DNA of 32,000 nucleotides from NCBI GenBank assembly GCA_000166095.1, contig CP002278.1, positions 810,001 to 842,000 on the forward strand. The letters are read 5' to 3'. A program made the position numbers and the translations under genes. Positions within the stretch are counted from its first letter, which is position 1, and each line of letters opens with the position of its first letter. The stretch is from Methanothermus fervidus DSM 2088 (GTDB lineage Archaea > Methanobacteriota > Methanobacteria > DSM-2088 > Methanothermaceae). The notes below the pieces were generated by a model. It saw nothing but the letters and a program-made list of their open reading frames with translations. It ran no database searches and had not been told where the DNA came from. This document shows positions 10,582-19,979 of the stretch, one piece after another.

Positions 10582-13500
10582 TTGAGGAAGTTTTTAGTGA
10601 TTGCATTGTTTGCAGTGTTTTTATTGATTTCAGGAGCTTTTGCTGAAAATGTGACTATGACTGATAAAGATGGTAATTTTATTTTTGAAAATGTAACACA
10701 AAAACCTCACATACTTTGGATTGAAAATAAAGACTTTCAAGTAAATAATATATGTGCAGAGAAAATTGTGTTAAGATTAGAACCTGATAAAAGCAATAGA
10801 AGTATAGTAGGTCCTATAGATGTATATGCAGAATTTAAGGGAACAAAAATACAAGGAAAAGTTTGTTTAAATGGTAAAGGTGTCCCAAACATACATGTCT
10901 ATGATCCAGAAGAAATAAATTTGGTAGTGTTTGGTGCTAGACAATCAATGATTCAAGCTGCTTATCAACTTTGTAAAGATTATCCCGAAATTAAACCTAT
11001 TTTTATTGGAGACCAAAATATTACAGAAACTGAAATAAAGAATTTGATAGAAAAAGCAGATATTATTTTCATAGGCATGACAAGTACTTATTGGACAATA
11101 AAAGGAATTTATGACAAAAATCCTAGTATTTTCAGTGGTAAAACTGTTTGGTCAGGCATTATGTATGCTGAAAGCATGAATCTAACAAAAATCAGAGGCG
11201 AAACTGTTTTTAAAGGTTTTACATTAAGTCAACTACAAAACATCTATGATGGAATTCACGCTGCCAAAGATCAATTTAATTATATACTGAATTTAACAAG
11301 GCAGTACCCAAATGACCATCCAATTCAATTCTGGTTATATTTAAGACTTGTATACAACAATGCGTGTCCAGATGATTACTACAATGGTTTTCTATACATG
11401 GTGTGGACACATACAAGAAATGATAAATACAAGAAATTTTTACCAATTGAAAAATTGAAAAAGCCTGATTACTTTATTTACAGAGATGGATCATTGTATA
11501 CTAGTTTTGATGATTACAAAAAATTTATAGATCCTTCAAAACCAACAGTTGGAATTGTAGTGATGTATTCAACTTATAGTGATGGAAATATATACATAGC
11601 TGAAGAAATAGCGAAAAAACTTGAATCAAAGGGTTTAAATACAATAATAGTTGTTGGAAAATATTATCAACCAATATTTAAAGGCATACAAGAATATTTC
11701 TGGGATTCCACAAAAAATAAAAGCAGAGTAGATTTAATAATTTCGATGTGTGCTTTCACAATTGGAGGAGCTACTGGCAGTGTAAACGCAAGTGATGCAG
11801 CCAAATTTTTTGAAAAACTTAATGTACCTGTATTATTAGCAATAATATCTTCTGATGTAACAAAGGAAGAATGGTATATATCAGAAAAAGGTTTAAGTTT
11901 TACAGCAGTTTATCGTTGGCTTGCAATGCCTGAACTACAAGGTGTATCAGAGCCAATTATCGTTGCTCTTCCCAAAATTGTTAGGGATTCACTAACAGGT
12001 GCAATTGTTAAAAGACCAGAAATTTTACCAGAGAGAATAAATAAATTAGTTGAAAGGGCATGCAATTGGATTAAATTAAGATATAAACCAAATTCTGAAA
12101 AAAAGATAGCATTTATCATTTATAACCATGAGGCAGGTAAAGCAAACATAGGTGCATCTCTCCTAAATGTTCCAGAAACATTGATAGAAATTTTGAAAAG
12201 ATTAAAACAGGAAGGCTACAATGTAAGTGAAATTCCAAACAATGCTACTGAACTTGTCAACATTTTACTTAAGAAAGCTATAAATGTGGCTACTTGGGCA
12301 CCTGGTGAACTAGAAAAATTAGCTAAGTATGCAATACTTTGGGATGCTAACGAATATGTAAATTGGTTTAAAAAACTTGATCCTCTAGCACAAAAATGGA
12401 TGGTTGAAGGTCCTGTAGGGTACTTAGAAGCAATAATTAAAAAAGCTATCGAAGTAAATGAGAGAAAAGAAATATTTAGAAGAATAGAACAATGGAAGGA
12501 AGAAACTGGAAACGCAATAAAAAATGTACTAAAAGATGATCAAAATAAACTACAAAAAGCCTTGTCACTTCTAGATCAAATAGTGCAATGTGCAAATCAG
12601 TTGCTTAACAACACAGACAATGAAACCTGGAACAAATTTTATGAGTTAAAAAAGGAATTACAAAAGATGGAGATTGATGGACTAAGTGGATGGGGAGAAC
12701 CACCTGGTAACAGAATGGTTATTGAGAAAGATGGCAAAAAATACATTGTAATTCCTGGAGTAATATTTGGAAATATATTCATTGGTCCTGAACCATTGGC
12801 AGGCTATATAGGGGACGAAGCTGCTTTATACCATTGTCAAGTACTTCCAAGACCACACCAATTTTTAGCATTTTATGCATGGCTTGAAAATGTTTTCAAA
12901 GCAGACGCAGAAATACATGTTGGTAAACATGCTAAATATGAGTGGAGTGTCCTTAGACAAACAGCATTAGGTCCCGATGACACACCTGACATTTGTGTTG
13001 GAAATGTGCCTCAACCCTACATCTATATAGTAGATGATATAGGTGAAGGTTTACAAGCAAAAAGAAGAGGATCAGCAATAATTGTTGACCATAGAGTTCC
13101 TGCATTAAGAAATTCAAACCTTTACGGTAATTTAACAGAATTAGCAAACCTAATTAATCAATATAGACAAAGCAGTCCAGAAAATAAAGATTTAAGATCA
13201 AACATAATTTCAATTTTGAAACAAGAAGTTAAAAAACGTGGAATAGATAAAGAACTTGACATAAACCTTGATAACATCACTGACGATGAACTAGTGGAAG
13301 CTGTAGATGATTATCTATCAGATATGACAAGTATGTATATGTACTATGGATTAACAACGTTTGGTAGGCCTTTCAACGATGAAGAACTCTCATATATGGT
13401 ATCAGCAATGCTTTCCATTGATGGAACAAATTATACAGCGCTGCCAAATTTAATTGGAAAAATTAAAGGCATAAATTATGATAAAGCTACAGCACTAATA

Positions 13501-15567
13501 AAAGATGAAATTAACAATCAATGTATAGAAATTTGTAAAAAGTTAATTTCAGGAAAATCTGTAGACGAACTAGCGAGGGAATTAACTAATAATCAAACCT
13601 TACAAGAGGAAATAATAAAAACTTTAAAAGCAGGTCTAAAATATCTTGATCTTTTCAAACAGTGTCCAATATGTGAAATGAACAATCTTATCAATTGCTT
13701 GAATGGCGGATTTGTACCACCAAGGATTGGAAATGATCCTCTAAGAAATCCAGATTCATTGCCAACAGGTGCCAATTTTTATGGTATTGATCCATCTTTA
13801 GTTCCTACGAGAGCTGCATACCAATTAGGTTCAAAGCTGGCAAACATGACAATCCAAAAATTAGGAAAAGTACCAGAGAAAATTGGAATGATATTATTCG
13901 CTGTAGAAACTCAAAGAGATCAGGGAGCAAATATCGCATTTGTACTTTATATGATGGGTGTAAAACCAATTTATAATCCTGCAGGTAGAGTACAAGGTGT
14001 TGAAGCAATTCCACTTTCTGAATTAGGAAGACCCAGAGTTGACGTAATAATACAGAGCAGCGGATTATTTAGAGATCTCTTCAGCTATTCTGTTGTCAAT
14101 GTTTTAGATATTGGAGCTAGAGTAGCATTGGCAGCATCGTATAACACCATTATTAAGAAATATCCTGAACTCCAGGCTGAATTAGATAAGGCAATGAAAC
14201 CATTAATAGAAAGAAATATTCTTAAAAAAGGAGATGACCCAATAGAAATGAATTATATTGCAAAACATTGGATAGAACTCGTCAAGAAAGGATATGATGG
14301 GGATTTGGCTATATCAAGAGTTTTCACAGAGCCTGTTGGTGATTATGGAACAAGAATAGCTGAAGCTGTAGAACAGGCAAGCACTTGGAAAGATAGAGAC
14401 AAACTTGCCACCCTTTACTTAACAAGAATGTGCCATGTTTACTCAAACACTAACTGGGGTATTGCAAATAGAAATCTATTTGAAGATTTATTAAAAGGAA
14501 CTGAAGCTGTATTCCACACTCGTACAAGTAATGCCTATGGAATTGTAGATAATGATGATTGGGCCCAATATCTAGGTGGTCTTTCATTAGCTGTAGAAAA
14601 AGTTAATGGATGGAAAGCACCTGCAGCTTATATACTTGAATATAGTAATCCTGCTAGACCATGTGTAGAACCACTTTCATATGCTATAGGTAGGGAAATT
14701 AGGGCAAGATATCTCAACCCAGAATGGATTAAAGGAATGATGAAAGAAGGATATGCCGGAGCTAGACAGTTTAGTGAAAAATTTGTTTCATATGTTTGGT
14801 TATGGGATGCAGTTACTCCACATGCAATCCACGACGAACAATGGAATGAAATTGTCAATGTTTACGTCAAAGACATCTACAACCTAGGCCTTAAACAATT
14901 CTTCAACACCCATAACCCCTGGGCAAGACAATCATTAATAGCTACGGCATTAGTGGCAGCATACAAAGGATTCTGGAAAGCAGATAGAGAAACTTTAACT
15001 TTCCTAGCAAGAGAATACATTGAAAGTGTCAATAAGTATGGAGTTACATGCTGCCATCACACATGTGGCTATATCGACCTAAACAACTTCATAGTTAGAA
15101 TATCAAATATGCCACTTCCATCATTACAAAAATTTGCAGCTGCATTTGCAGAAGCTACTGGAGTTAAGTTATCAATCCCTGGAATTCCAACATCCATTCC
15201 AGGAGCACCATCACAACTAGGAGCTCCAACTGCATTAGGAAGAGTAGGAATTGGAACTGCAGCAACAAGGGGAGTTTCACCAGGAATTTCAGGTCCTTCA
15301 GGTAGAGTTGGTGGTGAAATTGGTACAAGAGGAGCAGCTCAAGCTGCTGGAGCTGCAAGTAAATCCTCATCAGAATCAGGTGCTACAGGTAAAGCAGGAA
15401 TTACAGGTGCTGCAGCAGGTAAAGGAGCAGGAAAAGCATATGAGATTACACCAGTGTCTAAAGGAATTGGAAGTCCATCATCAGTGCCATTCGCAGGAAT
15501 AATCGGAGTTATAATATTGATTGCATTAATAGCAGCAGGATATCTATTGAGGAGGCCTGAGCGATAG
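10582..15567 (+). CDS. Secreted, membrane-anchored CobN / magnesium chelatase subunit H-like protein
   Basis: 1661 aa, TTG start. Signal peptide MRKFLVIALFAVFLLISGAFA. CobN family signatures: HVGKHAKYEW, YIYIVDDIGEGLQAKRRGSAIIVDHRVPAL, NPDSLPTGANFYGIDPSLVPTRAAYQLG, KIGMILFAVETQRDQGANIAFVLYMMGVKPIYNPAGRVQGVEAIPLSELGRPRVDVIIQSSGLFRDLF. GVTCCHHTCG near the C-terminus, then Gly/Ser/Ala linker and terminal TM segment with basic tail LLRRPER. Confidence 0.92.
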   Translation: MRKFLVIALFAVFLLISGAFAENVTMTDKDGNFIFENVTQKPHILWIENKDFQVNNICAEKIVLRLEPDKSNRSIVGPIDVYAEFKGTKIQGKVCLNGKGVPNIHVYDPEEINLVVFGARQSMIQAAYQLCKDYPEIKPIFIGDQNITETEIKNLIEKADIIFIGMTSTYWTIKGIYDKNPSIFSGKTVWSGIMYAESMNLTKIRGETVFKGFTLSQLQNIYDGIHAAKDQFNYILNLTRQYPNDHPIQFWLYLRLVYNNACPDDYYNGFLYMVWTHTRNDKYKKFLPIEKLKKPDYFIYRDGSLYTSFDDYKKFIDPSKPTVGIVVMYSTYSDGNIYIAEEIAKKLESKGLNTIIVVGKYYQPIFKGIQEYFWDSTKNKSRVDLIISMCAFTIGGATGSVNASDAAKFFEKLNVPVLLAIISSDVTKEEWYISEKGLSFTAVYRWLAMPELQGVSEPIIVALPKIVRDSLTGAIVKRPEILPERINKLVERACNWIKLRYKPNSEKKIAFIIYNHEAGKANIGASLLNVPETLIEILKRLKQEGYNVSEIPNNATELVNILLKKAINVATWAPGELEKLAKYAILWDANEYVNWFKKLDPLAQKWMVEGPVGYLEAIIKKAIEVNERKEIFRRIEQWKEETGNAIKNVLKDDQNKLQKALSLLDQIVQCANQLLNNTDNETWNKFYELKKELQKMEIDGLSGWGEPPGNRMVIEKDGKKYIVIPGVIFGNIFIGPEPLAGYIGDEAALYHCQVLPRPHQFLAFYAWLENVFKADAEIHVGKHAKYEWSVLRQTALGPDDTPDICVGNVPQPYIYIVDDIGEGLQAKRRGSAIIVDHRVPALRNSNLYGNLTELANLINQYRQSSPENKDLRSNIISILKQEVKKRGIDKELDINLDNITDDELVEAVDDYLSDMTSMYMYYGLTTFGRPFNDEELSYMVSAMLSIDGTNYTALPNLIGKIKGINYDKATALIKDEINNQCIEICKKLISGKSVDELARELTNNQTLQEEIIKTLKAGLKYLDLFKQCPICEMNNLINCLNGGFVPPRIGNDPLRNPDSLPTGANFYGIDPSLVPTRAAYQLGSKLANMTIQKLGKVPEKIGMILFAVETQRDQGANIAFVLYMMGVKPIYNPAGRVQGVEAIPLSELGRPRVDVIIQSSGLFRDLFSYSVVNVLDIGARVALAASYNTIIKKYPELQAELDKAMKPLIERNILKKGDDPIEMNYIAKHWIELVKKGYDGDLAISRVFTEPVGDYGTRIAEAVEQASTWKDRDKLATLYLTRMCHVYSNTNWGIANRNLFEDLLKGTEAVFHTRTSNAYGIVDNDDWAQYLGGLSLAVEKVNGWKAPAAYILEYSNPARPCVEPLSYAIGREIRARYLNPEWIKGMMKEGYAGARQFSEKFVSYVWLWDAVTPHAIHDEQWNEIVNVYVKDIYNLGLKQFFNTHNPWARQSLIATALVAAYKGFWKADRETLTFLAREYIESVNKYGVTCCHHTCGYIDLNNFIVRISNMPLPSLQKFAAAFAEATGVKLSIPGIPTSIPGAPSQLGAPTALGRVGIGTAATRGVSPGISGPSGRVGGEIGTRGAAQAAGAASKSSSESGATGKAGITGAAAGKGAGKAYEITPVSKGIGSPSSVPFAGIIGVIILIALIAAGYLLRRPER
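15172..15477 (+). other. Low-complexity Gly/Ala/Ser/Pro stalk within the CobN-like protein
   Basis: Encodes SIPGIPTSIPGAPSQLGAPTALGRVGIGTAATRGVSPGISGPSGRVGGEIGTRGAAQAAGAASKSSSESGATGKAGITGAAAGKGAGKA..., immediately before the TM anchor. Confidence 0.8.
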
Positions 15568-15593
15568 TCTTTTATTTTTCATTTTAAAAAGAA

Positions 15594-15601
15594 GGGGGTG
15601 A
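15594..15601 (+). promoter_or_regulatory. Shine-Dalgarno of ExbB-like gene
   Basis: GGGGGTGA, then TTG start at 15606. Confidence 0.75.
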
Positions 15602-15605
15602 TAAA

Positions 15606-16259
15606 TTGCCAGCAGTCCCAGGATCAGAAGCACTCCAAGGAATTATGCATGTAGTTTCACAAAGCCTCCTAATCCCAGCAATAGTAACATTGCTGGCATT
15701 TGTTGCTTATAGTGTAGTTGCACTTGGAGGATTGATTGCTGAATATGTTGGAAGGGTTAGAGTTGATGTAGATGAAATAAAGGAAGCCATATACAACATC
15801 TCAAATCCAGGGGATCCAAAGGAGATAATAGAGATAATAAATAATTCAAAGCTCCCAGAGAGGCAAAAAGAAATATTAACAGATATTGCAAACACAGAGG
15901 ACTTAGATTCAAGGACAAGAGAAGCACTTGCAAGGAGATATGTTGAAGGAGAAGAACTGAAAGCCATGAAATCTGTTGAAATAACAGATTCAATAACAAG
16001 GCTTGGTCCACAGGTAGGACTCCTCGGAACTTTAATTCCAATAGGTCCTGGATTAGTTGCTTTGGGAGCCGGAGACATAACTCAGCTAGCAAATCACTTC
16101 TTAGTTGCTTTTGATGCAGCAATACTTGGACTTGCTTCAAGTGCAATCTCTTTCTTTGTATCAAAGGTTAGGAAAAGATGGTTTGAGGAATATCTGGTTA
16201 ACTTGGAAACTCTGGCTGAGGCTATATTGGAGGTGATGGAACAACCATCCATAAAATAA
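15606..16259 (+). CDS. MotA/TolQ/ExbB proton channel family-like membrane protein
   Basis: 217 aa; N-terminal TM (LLIPAIVTLLAFVAYSVVALGGLIAEYVG), soluble helical loop, then SITRLGPQVGLLGTLIPIGPGLVALGAGDITQLANHFLVAFDAAILGLASSAISFFVSKVRKRW, matching the ExbB/TolQ LGPLLGLLGT...-like core and topology. 38 nt downstream of the CobN-like gene. Confidence 0.85.
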   Translation: MPAVPGSEALQGIMHVVSQSLLIPAIVTLLAFVAYSVVALGGLIAEYVGRVRVDVDEIKEAIYNISNPGDPKEIIEIINNSKLPERQKEILTDIANTEDLDSRTREALARRYVEGEELKAMKSVEITDSITRLGPQVGLLGTLIPIGPGLVALGAGDITQLANHFLVAFDAAILGLASSAISFFVSKVRKRWFEEYLVNLETLAEAILEVMEQPSIK

Positions 16260-16310
16260 TTTTTTTCAGCAAATTTTTTTATTGAACCCTTATTTTTAGT
16301 TTAATTTTTT
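16260..16310 (+). terminator. Putative archaeal T-rich transcription terminator
   Basis: Successive T-runs (ttttttt, ttttttt, ttttt, tttttt) immediately after the ExbB-like stop and before the next promoter. Confidence 0.55.
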
Positions 16311-16320
16311 GAACCATAAA

Positions 16321-16330
16321 CTTTATAAAT
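16321..16330 (+). promoter_or_regulatory. TATA box (ctttataaat) for the SPOUT/ribosomal protein operon
   Basis: TATA element centred about 27 nt upstream of ATG at 16353, with no Shine-Dalgarno between; consistent with a leaderless transcript. Confidence 0.6.
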
Positions 16331-16352
16331 TAGTTTCAACAAAATTTTTTGA

Positions 16353-17159
16353 ATGGTCTCTATTCTATCGATTTTTATTCCGGATTCCCTAACAATTGAA
16401 TCTAAGGATAAAAAAATAAAAACTTATAAGGTTGGAATAATTGGAAGAACAGCAGCAATATTCAGAGTCAATGAAATAATCATATATCATGATGAATTTG
16501 GAAATAGTAAGGAAGGAAAGTTCATTAAAGATATTTTAACATATATGGATACACCACAATATTTACGTAAAGATATTTTTCCATTAACTAATAATTTAAG
16601 ATATGTAGGTGTACTCCCACCACTCAGGACTCCCCACCATCCTACTGGACAACCAAAGGTCGGTGAATTAAGGCAAGGATTGACACTTAAAAGCACGAAA
16701 AAAGGAACTATTGTAAATATAGGAGCTAAACGATTAGCTCTTTGTAAAGAAAAGTTACCTATCTATAAAGTTTATACTTTTCGTATCAAAAAACTTGGAA
16801 AAAGAATTTTAGTTGAAAGAGACATTCCAGAAAATGTCTATTGGGGATACAAAGTAAAATACATTAATAAACCTATAGAAAAAGCGATTAAAATGAAAAA
16901 ATATGATTCAATAATAGCTACATCACGTAAAGGTGTTCCAATAACTTTTGTTCTCGAAGAAATAGAAAATATTATACATAATACTCATCATTTAGCAATA
17001 TTATTTGGAGGACCATACAAAGGTTTACCAACAACTTTAGATAGAGAGATAGATATGAAAATAAACACTATACCAAACCAAGGTACTGAAACCGTAAGAA
17101 CTGAAGAAGCAGTTTTAGCGACATTGTCAATATTCAATATGTTGCAACATAAAAAATAG
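16353..17159 (+). CDS. SPOUT-superfamily RNA methyltransferase (Methyltrn_RNA_3 / SPOUT1-like)
   Basis: 268 aa; LRYVGVLPPLRTPHHPTG, AILFGGPYKGLP, NTIPNQGTETVRTEEAVLATLSIFN knot-like C-terminus. Position upstream of L3 is typical for archaea. Confidence 0.88.
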   Translation: MVSILSIFIPDSLTIESKDKKIKTYKVGIIGRTAAIFRVNEIIIYHDEFGNSKEGKFIKDILTYMDTPQYLRKDIFPLTNNLRYVGVLPPLRTPHHPTGQPKVGELRQGLTLKSTKKGTIVNIGAKRLALCKEKLPIYKVYTFRIKKLGKRILVERDIPENVYWGYKVKYINKPIEKAIKMKKYDSIIATSRKGVPITFVLEEIENIIHNTHHLAILFGGPYKGLPTTLDREIDMKINTIPNQGTETVRTEEAVLATLSIFNMLQHKK

Positions 17160-17173
17160 AGGAGGGAAATTAT

Positions 17174-18175
17174 ATGGCTAAGCATCATCGTCCAAGAAGG
17201 GGTTCCTTAGCATTTAGCCCAAGAAAGAGAGCATCAAGAGAAACCCCAAGAATAAAATCCTGGCCTGAAATTAAGGACACGTGTTTGTTAGCTGCAGCTG
17301 GATATAAAGTTGGCATGACACATGTAATGGCAATAGACAATAAAAAAAATTCACCTACTGAAGGAATGGAAGTTTTTACCCCTGTTACAATAATAGAAAC
17401 ACCTCCGCTCACAGTGATGGGTATAAGAGCATATGAAAGAACAAGTAGGGGACTTAAAACATTGACTGATGTTTTGGCGGATGATTTAAAGGAAGACCTT
17501 GAAAGAAGGATTAATTTACCTAAAAACTATGATAAAGACAAGGCATTGGATAAAATAGAAGAAAATAAAGATTATATTGAAGAAGTGAGAGTACTTGTGC
17601 ATACTAATCCAAGATTAGTGACAGGAGTTCCAAAGAAAAAACCTGAAATATTTGAATGTGGATTAGGAGGTAAAGATCCACAAGAAAAATTGGAATATGC
17701 ATTGGAGCTACTAGGTAAAGATGTGAAAATTAGTGAAATATTTTCAGAAGGAGAATACGTTGATACAATAGCTGTTACAAAAGGAAAAGGATTTCAAGGA
17801 CCAGTTAAAAGATGGGGAATAAAAATTCAAAATGCTAAAACTGCCAGAAGTGGTAAAGGCAGACATATAGGATCATTAGGTCCATGGACGCCTTCAAGAA
17901 CTATGTGGAGAGTTCCACAAGCAGGACAGACAGGTTACCATAGAAGAACTGAATATAATAAAATGATAATGAAAATAGGTACTTCAGATGAAGTTGAAAA
18001 AATAAATCCAAAAGGAGGATTCATTAGATACGGACTAGTAAGAAATGATTATTTATTAGTTAAAGGCTCTGTTCCCGGGCCAACAAAAAGATTAATAATG
18101 TTAAGAAAAGCTATAAGACCAAAAGTGAGACAAGAAAAACCTCCTGAGATAACTTATATCCATAAAGCTTCTTAG
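17174..18175 (+). CDS. rpl3: Ribosomal protein L3 (uL3)
   Basis: GYKVGMTHVM, VTKGKGFQGPVKRWG, GSLGPWTPSRTMWRVPQAGQTGYHRRTEYNK. Confidence 0.98.
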   Translation: MAKHHRPRRGSLAFSPRKRASRETPRIKSWPEIKDTCLLAAAGYKVGMTHVMAIDNKKNSPTEGMEVFTPVTIIETPPLTVMGIRAYERTSRGLKTLTDVLADDLKEDLERRINLPKNYDKDKALDKIEENKDYIEEVRVLVHTNPRLVTGVPKKKPEIFECGLGGKDPQEKLEYALELLGKDVKISEIFSEGEYVDTIAVTKGKGFQGPVKRWGIKIQNAKTARSGKGRHIGSLGPWTPSRTMWRVPQAGQTGYHRRTEYNKMIMKIGTSDEVEKINPKGGFIRYGLVRNDYLLVKGSVPGPTKRLIMLRKAIRPKVRQEKPPEITYIHKAS

Positions 18176-18184
18176 AGGGATAAC

Positions 18185-18952
18185 ATGAAAGCTAATGTTT
18201 ATTCATTAGATGGAGAGGTAATAGAAAAGGTGAAACTACCTGAAATATTTGAAGAACACCTTAGACCTGATTTAATAAAAAGAGCAGTATTATCAATTCA
18301 AACAGCAAGGATTCAACCTTGGGGACCTAACAAAATGGCTGGAAAAAGAACAACTGCTGTATCAAGAGGAGCCGGATATGGTATCGCCATGGTCCCAAGA
18401 ATAAAAACACCTCCAGAAAGAGCAGCATTTGTTCCACAGGCTGTAGGAGGTAGAAAAGCACATCCACCTAAACCCGAAAAAATATATCATGAAAGAATAA
18501 ACAGAAAAGAAAGAAGACTTGCATTAAGGTCTGCAATAGCAGCTACAGCTAATAAAGAATTAGTTAAACAGAGAGGTCATAGAATAGACAATGTTCCAGA
18601 AATTCCTTTAATAGTTGAAGATAAATTATCAACATTGAAAAAAACTAGGGAAACTAGAGAAGTATTTAAGAAATTAGGAGTGATGGATGACATTATAAGA
18701 GCCAAAAAAGGTAGAAAAATTAGATCTGGAAAAGGTAAAATGAGAGGTAGAAAATACAGAAAACCAAAGGGGCCATTAATTGTAGTGGATGAAGATAGAG
18801 GAATAGTGTTAGGAGCAAGAAACCATCCTGGTGTAGATATTGTCACTGTTGAAAATTTAAATGTTGAATTGCTGGCACCTGGTACTCATCCAGGAAGATT
18901 CACAATATATACAAAGTCAGCTTTAGAAAAATTAGAGGAGATGCCATGGTAG
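18185..18952 (+). CDS. rpl4: Ribosomal protein L4 (uL4, archaeal L4e type)
   Basis: [32 protein letters not shown]; [15 protein letters not shown]. Confidence 0.98.
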   Translation: MKANVYSLDGEVIEKVKLPEIFEEHLRPDLIKRAVLSIQTARIQPWGPNKMAGKRTTAVSRGAGYGIAMVPRIKTPPERAAFVPQAVGGRKAHPPKPEKIYHERINRKERRLALRSAIAATANKELVKQRGHRIDNVPEIPLIVEDKLSTLKKTRETREVFKKLGVMDDIIRAKKGRKIRSGKGKMRGRKYRKPKGPLIVVDEDRGIVLGARNHPGVDIVTVENLNVELLAPGTHPGRFTIYTKSALEKLEEMPW

Positions 18953-19221
18953 GTGGTAACATGGATCCCCACAAGATTCTCATAAGACCTCATGTAACAG
19001 AAAAAACTATGGATCTCATAGATAACAATAATGAATTAGTATTTGTAGTTAATAGGAAAAGTAATAAGCCAAAAATAAAAGCAGCATTTGAAGAATTATT
19101 TTCTGTAAAAGTAGAGAGAGTAAACACACATATAAACCCCAAAGGCGAAAAAATAGCTTACATTAAATTAGCAAAAGAACATAAGGCAGAAGATATTGCA
19201 ATGAAATTAGGAATTCTCTAA
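18946..19221 (+). CDS. rpl23: Ribosomal protein L23 (uL23)
   Basis: [13 protein letters not shown]...[29 protein letters not shown]. The likely real start is ATG at 18961 (MDPHKI). Confidence 0.97.
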   Translation: MVGGNMDPHKILIRPHVTEKTMDLIDNNNELVFVVNRKSNKPKIKAAFEELFSVKVERVNTHINPKGEKIAYIKLAKEHKAEDIAMKLGIL

Positions 19222-19241
19222 AAACATAAAATGGTGATAGT

Positions 19242-19967
19242 ATGGGAAAAAGAATAATACCACAAAGAAGAGGTAGGGGTACTCCAACATACAGGGTTGC
19301 ATCACATAGATTTAAAGCTAAAATAAAATATAAAATGATGAATAAAGATAAAAATGGAAAGTTAGAAGGTACTGTGGTTGACATTATTCATGATCCTGGT
19401 AGAACAGCTCCAATAGCTGAAGTCCAATTTGAAAACGGTGAAAGAGATTATATATTAGCTCCTGAAGGGATTAAAATTAATGATACAATTGAAGTTGGAC
19501 CAGAAGCATCTATCAATATTGGAAATATATTGCCACTCAAAAAAATACCAGAAGGTACTCCAGTATTTAATATAGAGAATAGACCAGGAGATGGAGGTAA
19601 ATTAGTTAGATCATCTGGTACACATGCATCAGTAGTTACACATGAAGAAAATAAAGTAATTGTTGAGCTACCTTCTGGTGAACTTAAAGCATTTCATCCA
19701 GAATGTAAAGCAACAATTGGTGTCGTTGCTGGAGGAGGAAGAATAGAAAAACCATTTGTCAAAGCTGGTAACAAGTATTATGCAATGAAATCAAAAGGTA
19801 AGAAACATGTCAAAGTTAGAGGCGTAGCAATGAATCCTGTGGATCACCCACATGGTGGAGGACATCACCAACATCCTGGTAAACCAACTACAGTATCTAG
19901 ACATGCTCCACCTGGAAGAAAAGTTGGATTAATAGCTGCTAGAAGAACTGGAAGAAAGAAAAAATAA
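19242..19967 (+). CDS. rpl2: Ribosomal protein L2 (uL2)
   Basis: [18 protein letters not shown]...[17 protein letters not shown]. Confidence 0.99.
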   Translation: MGKRIIPQRRGRGTPTYRVASHRFKAKIKYKMMNKDKNGKLEGTVVDIIHDPGRTAPIAEVQFENGERDYILAPEGIKINDTIEVGPEASINIGNILPLKKIPEGTPVFNIENRPGDGGKLVRSSGTHASVVTHEENKVIVELPSGELKAFHPECKATIGVVAGGGRIEKPFVKAGNKYYAMKSKGKKHVKVRGVAMNPVDHPHGGGHHQHPGKPTTVSRHAPPGRKVGLIAARRTGRKKK

Positions 19968-19979
19968 GGAGGTGAGTAT

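Noticed and set aside
15172-15470. Possible tandem DNA repeat or CRISPR-like array in the Gly/Ala-rich region
   Set aside because: No fixed-length direct repeats with unique spacers; only codon-level similarity (gca/gga/gct) from biased amino-acid composition.
15164-15502. ORFs 15164..15370 (-) and 15251..15502 (+, Gln/Leu-rich), looking like a repeat protein
   Set aside because: Off-frame readings of the Gly/Ala/Ser stalk of the CobN-like protein; the compositional bias explains them.
15707-16164. Minus-strand ORFs opposite the ExbB-like gene
   Set aside because: The plus-strand frame has family motifs, correct topology and an SD; the antisense frames have none.
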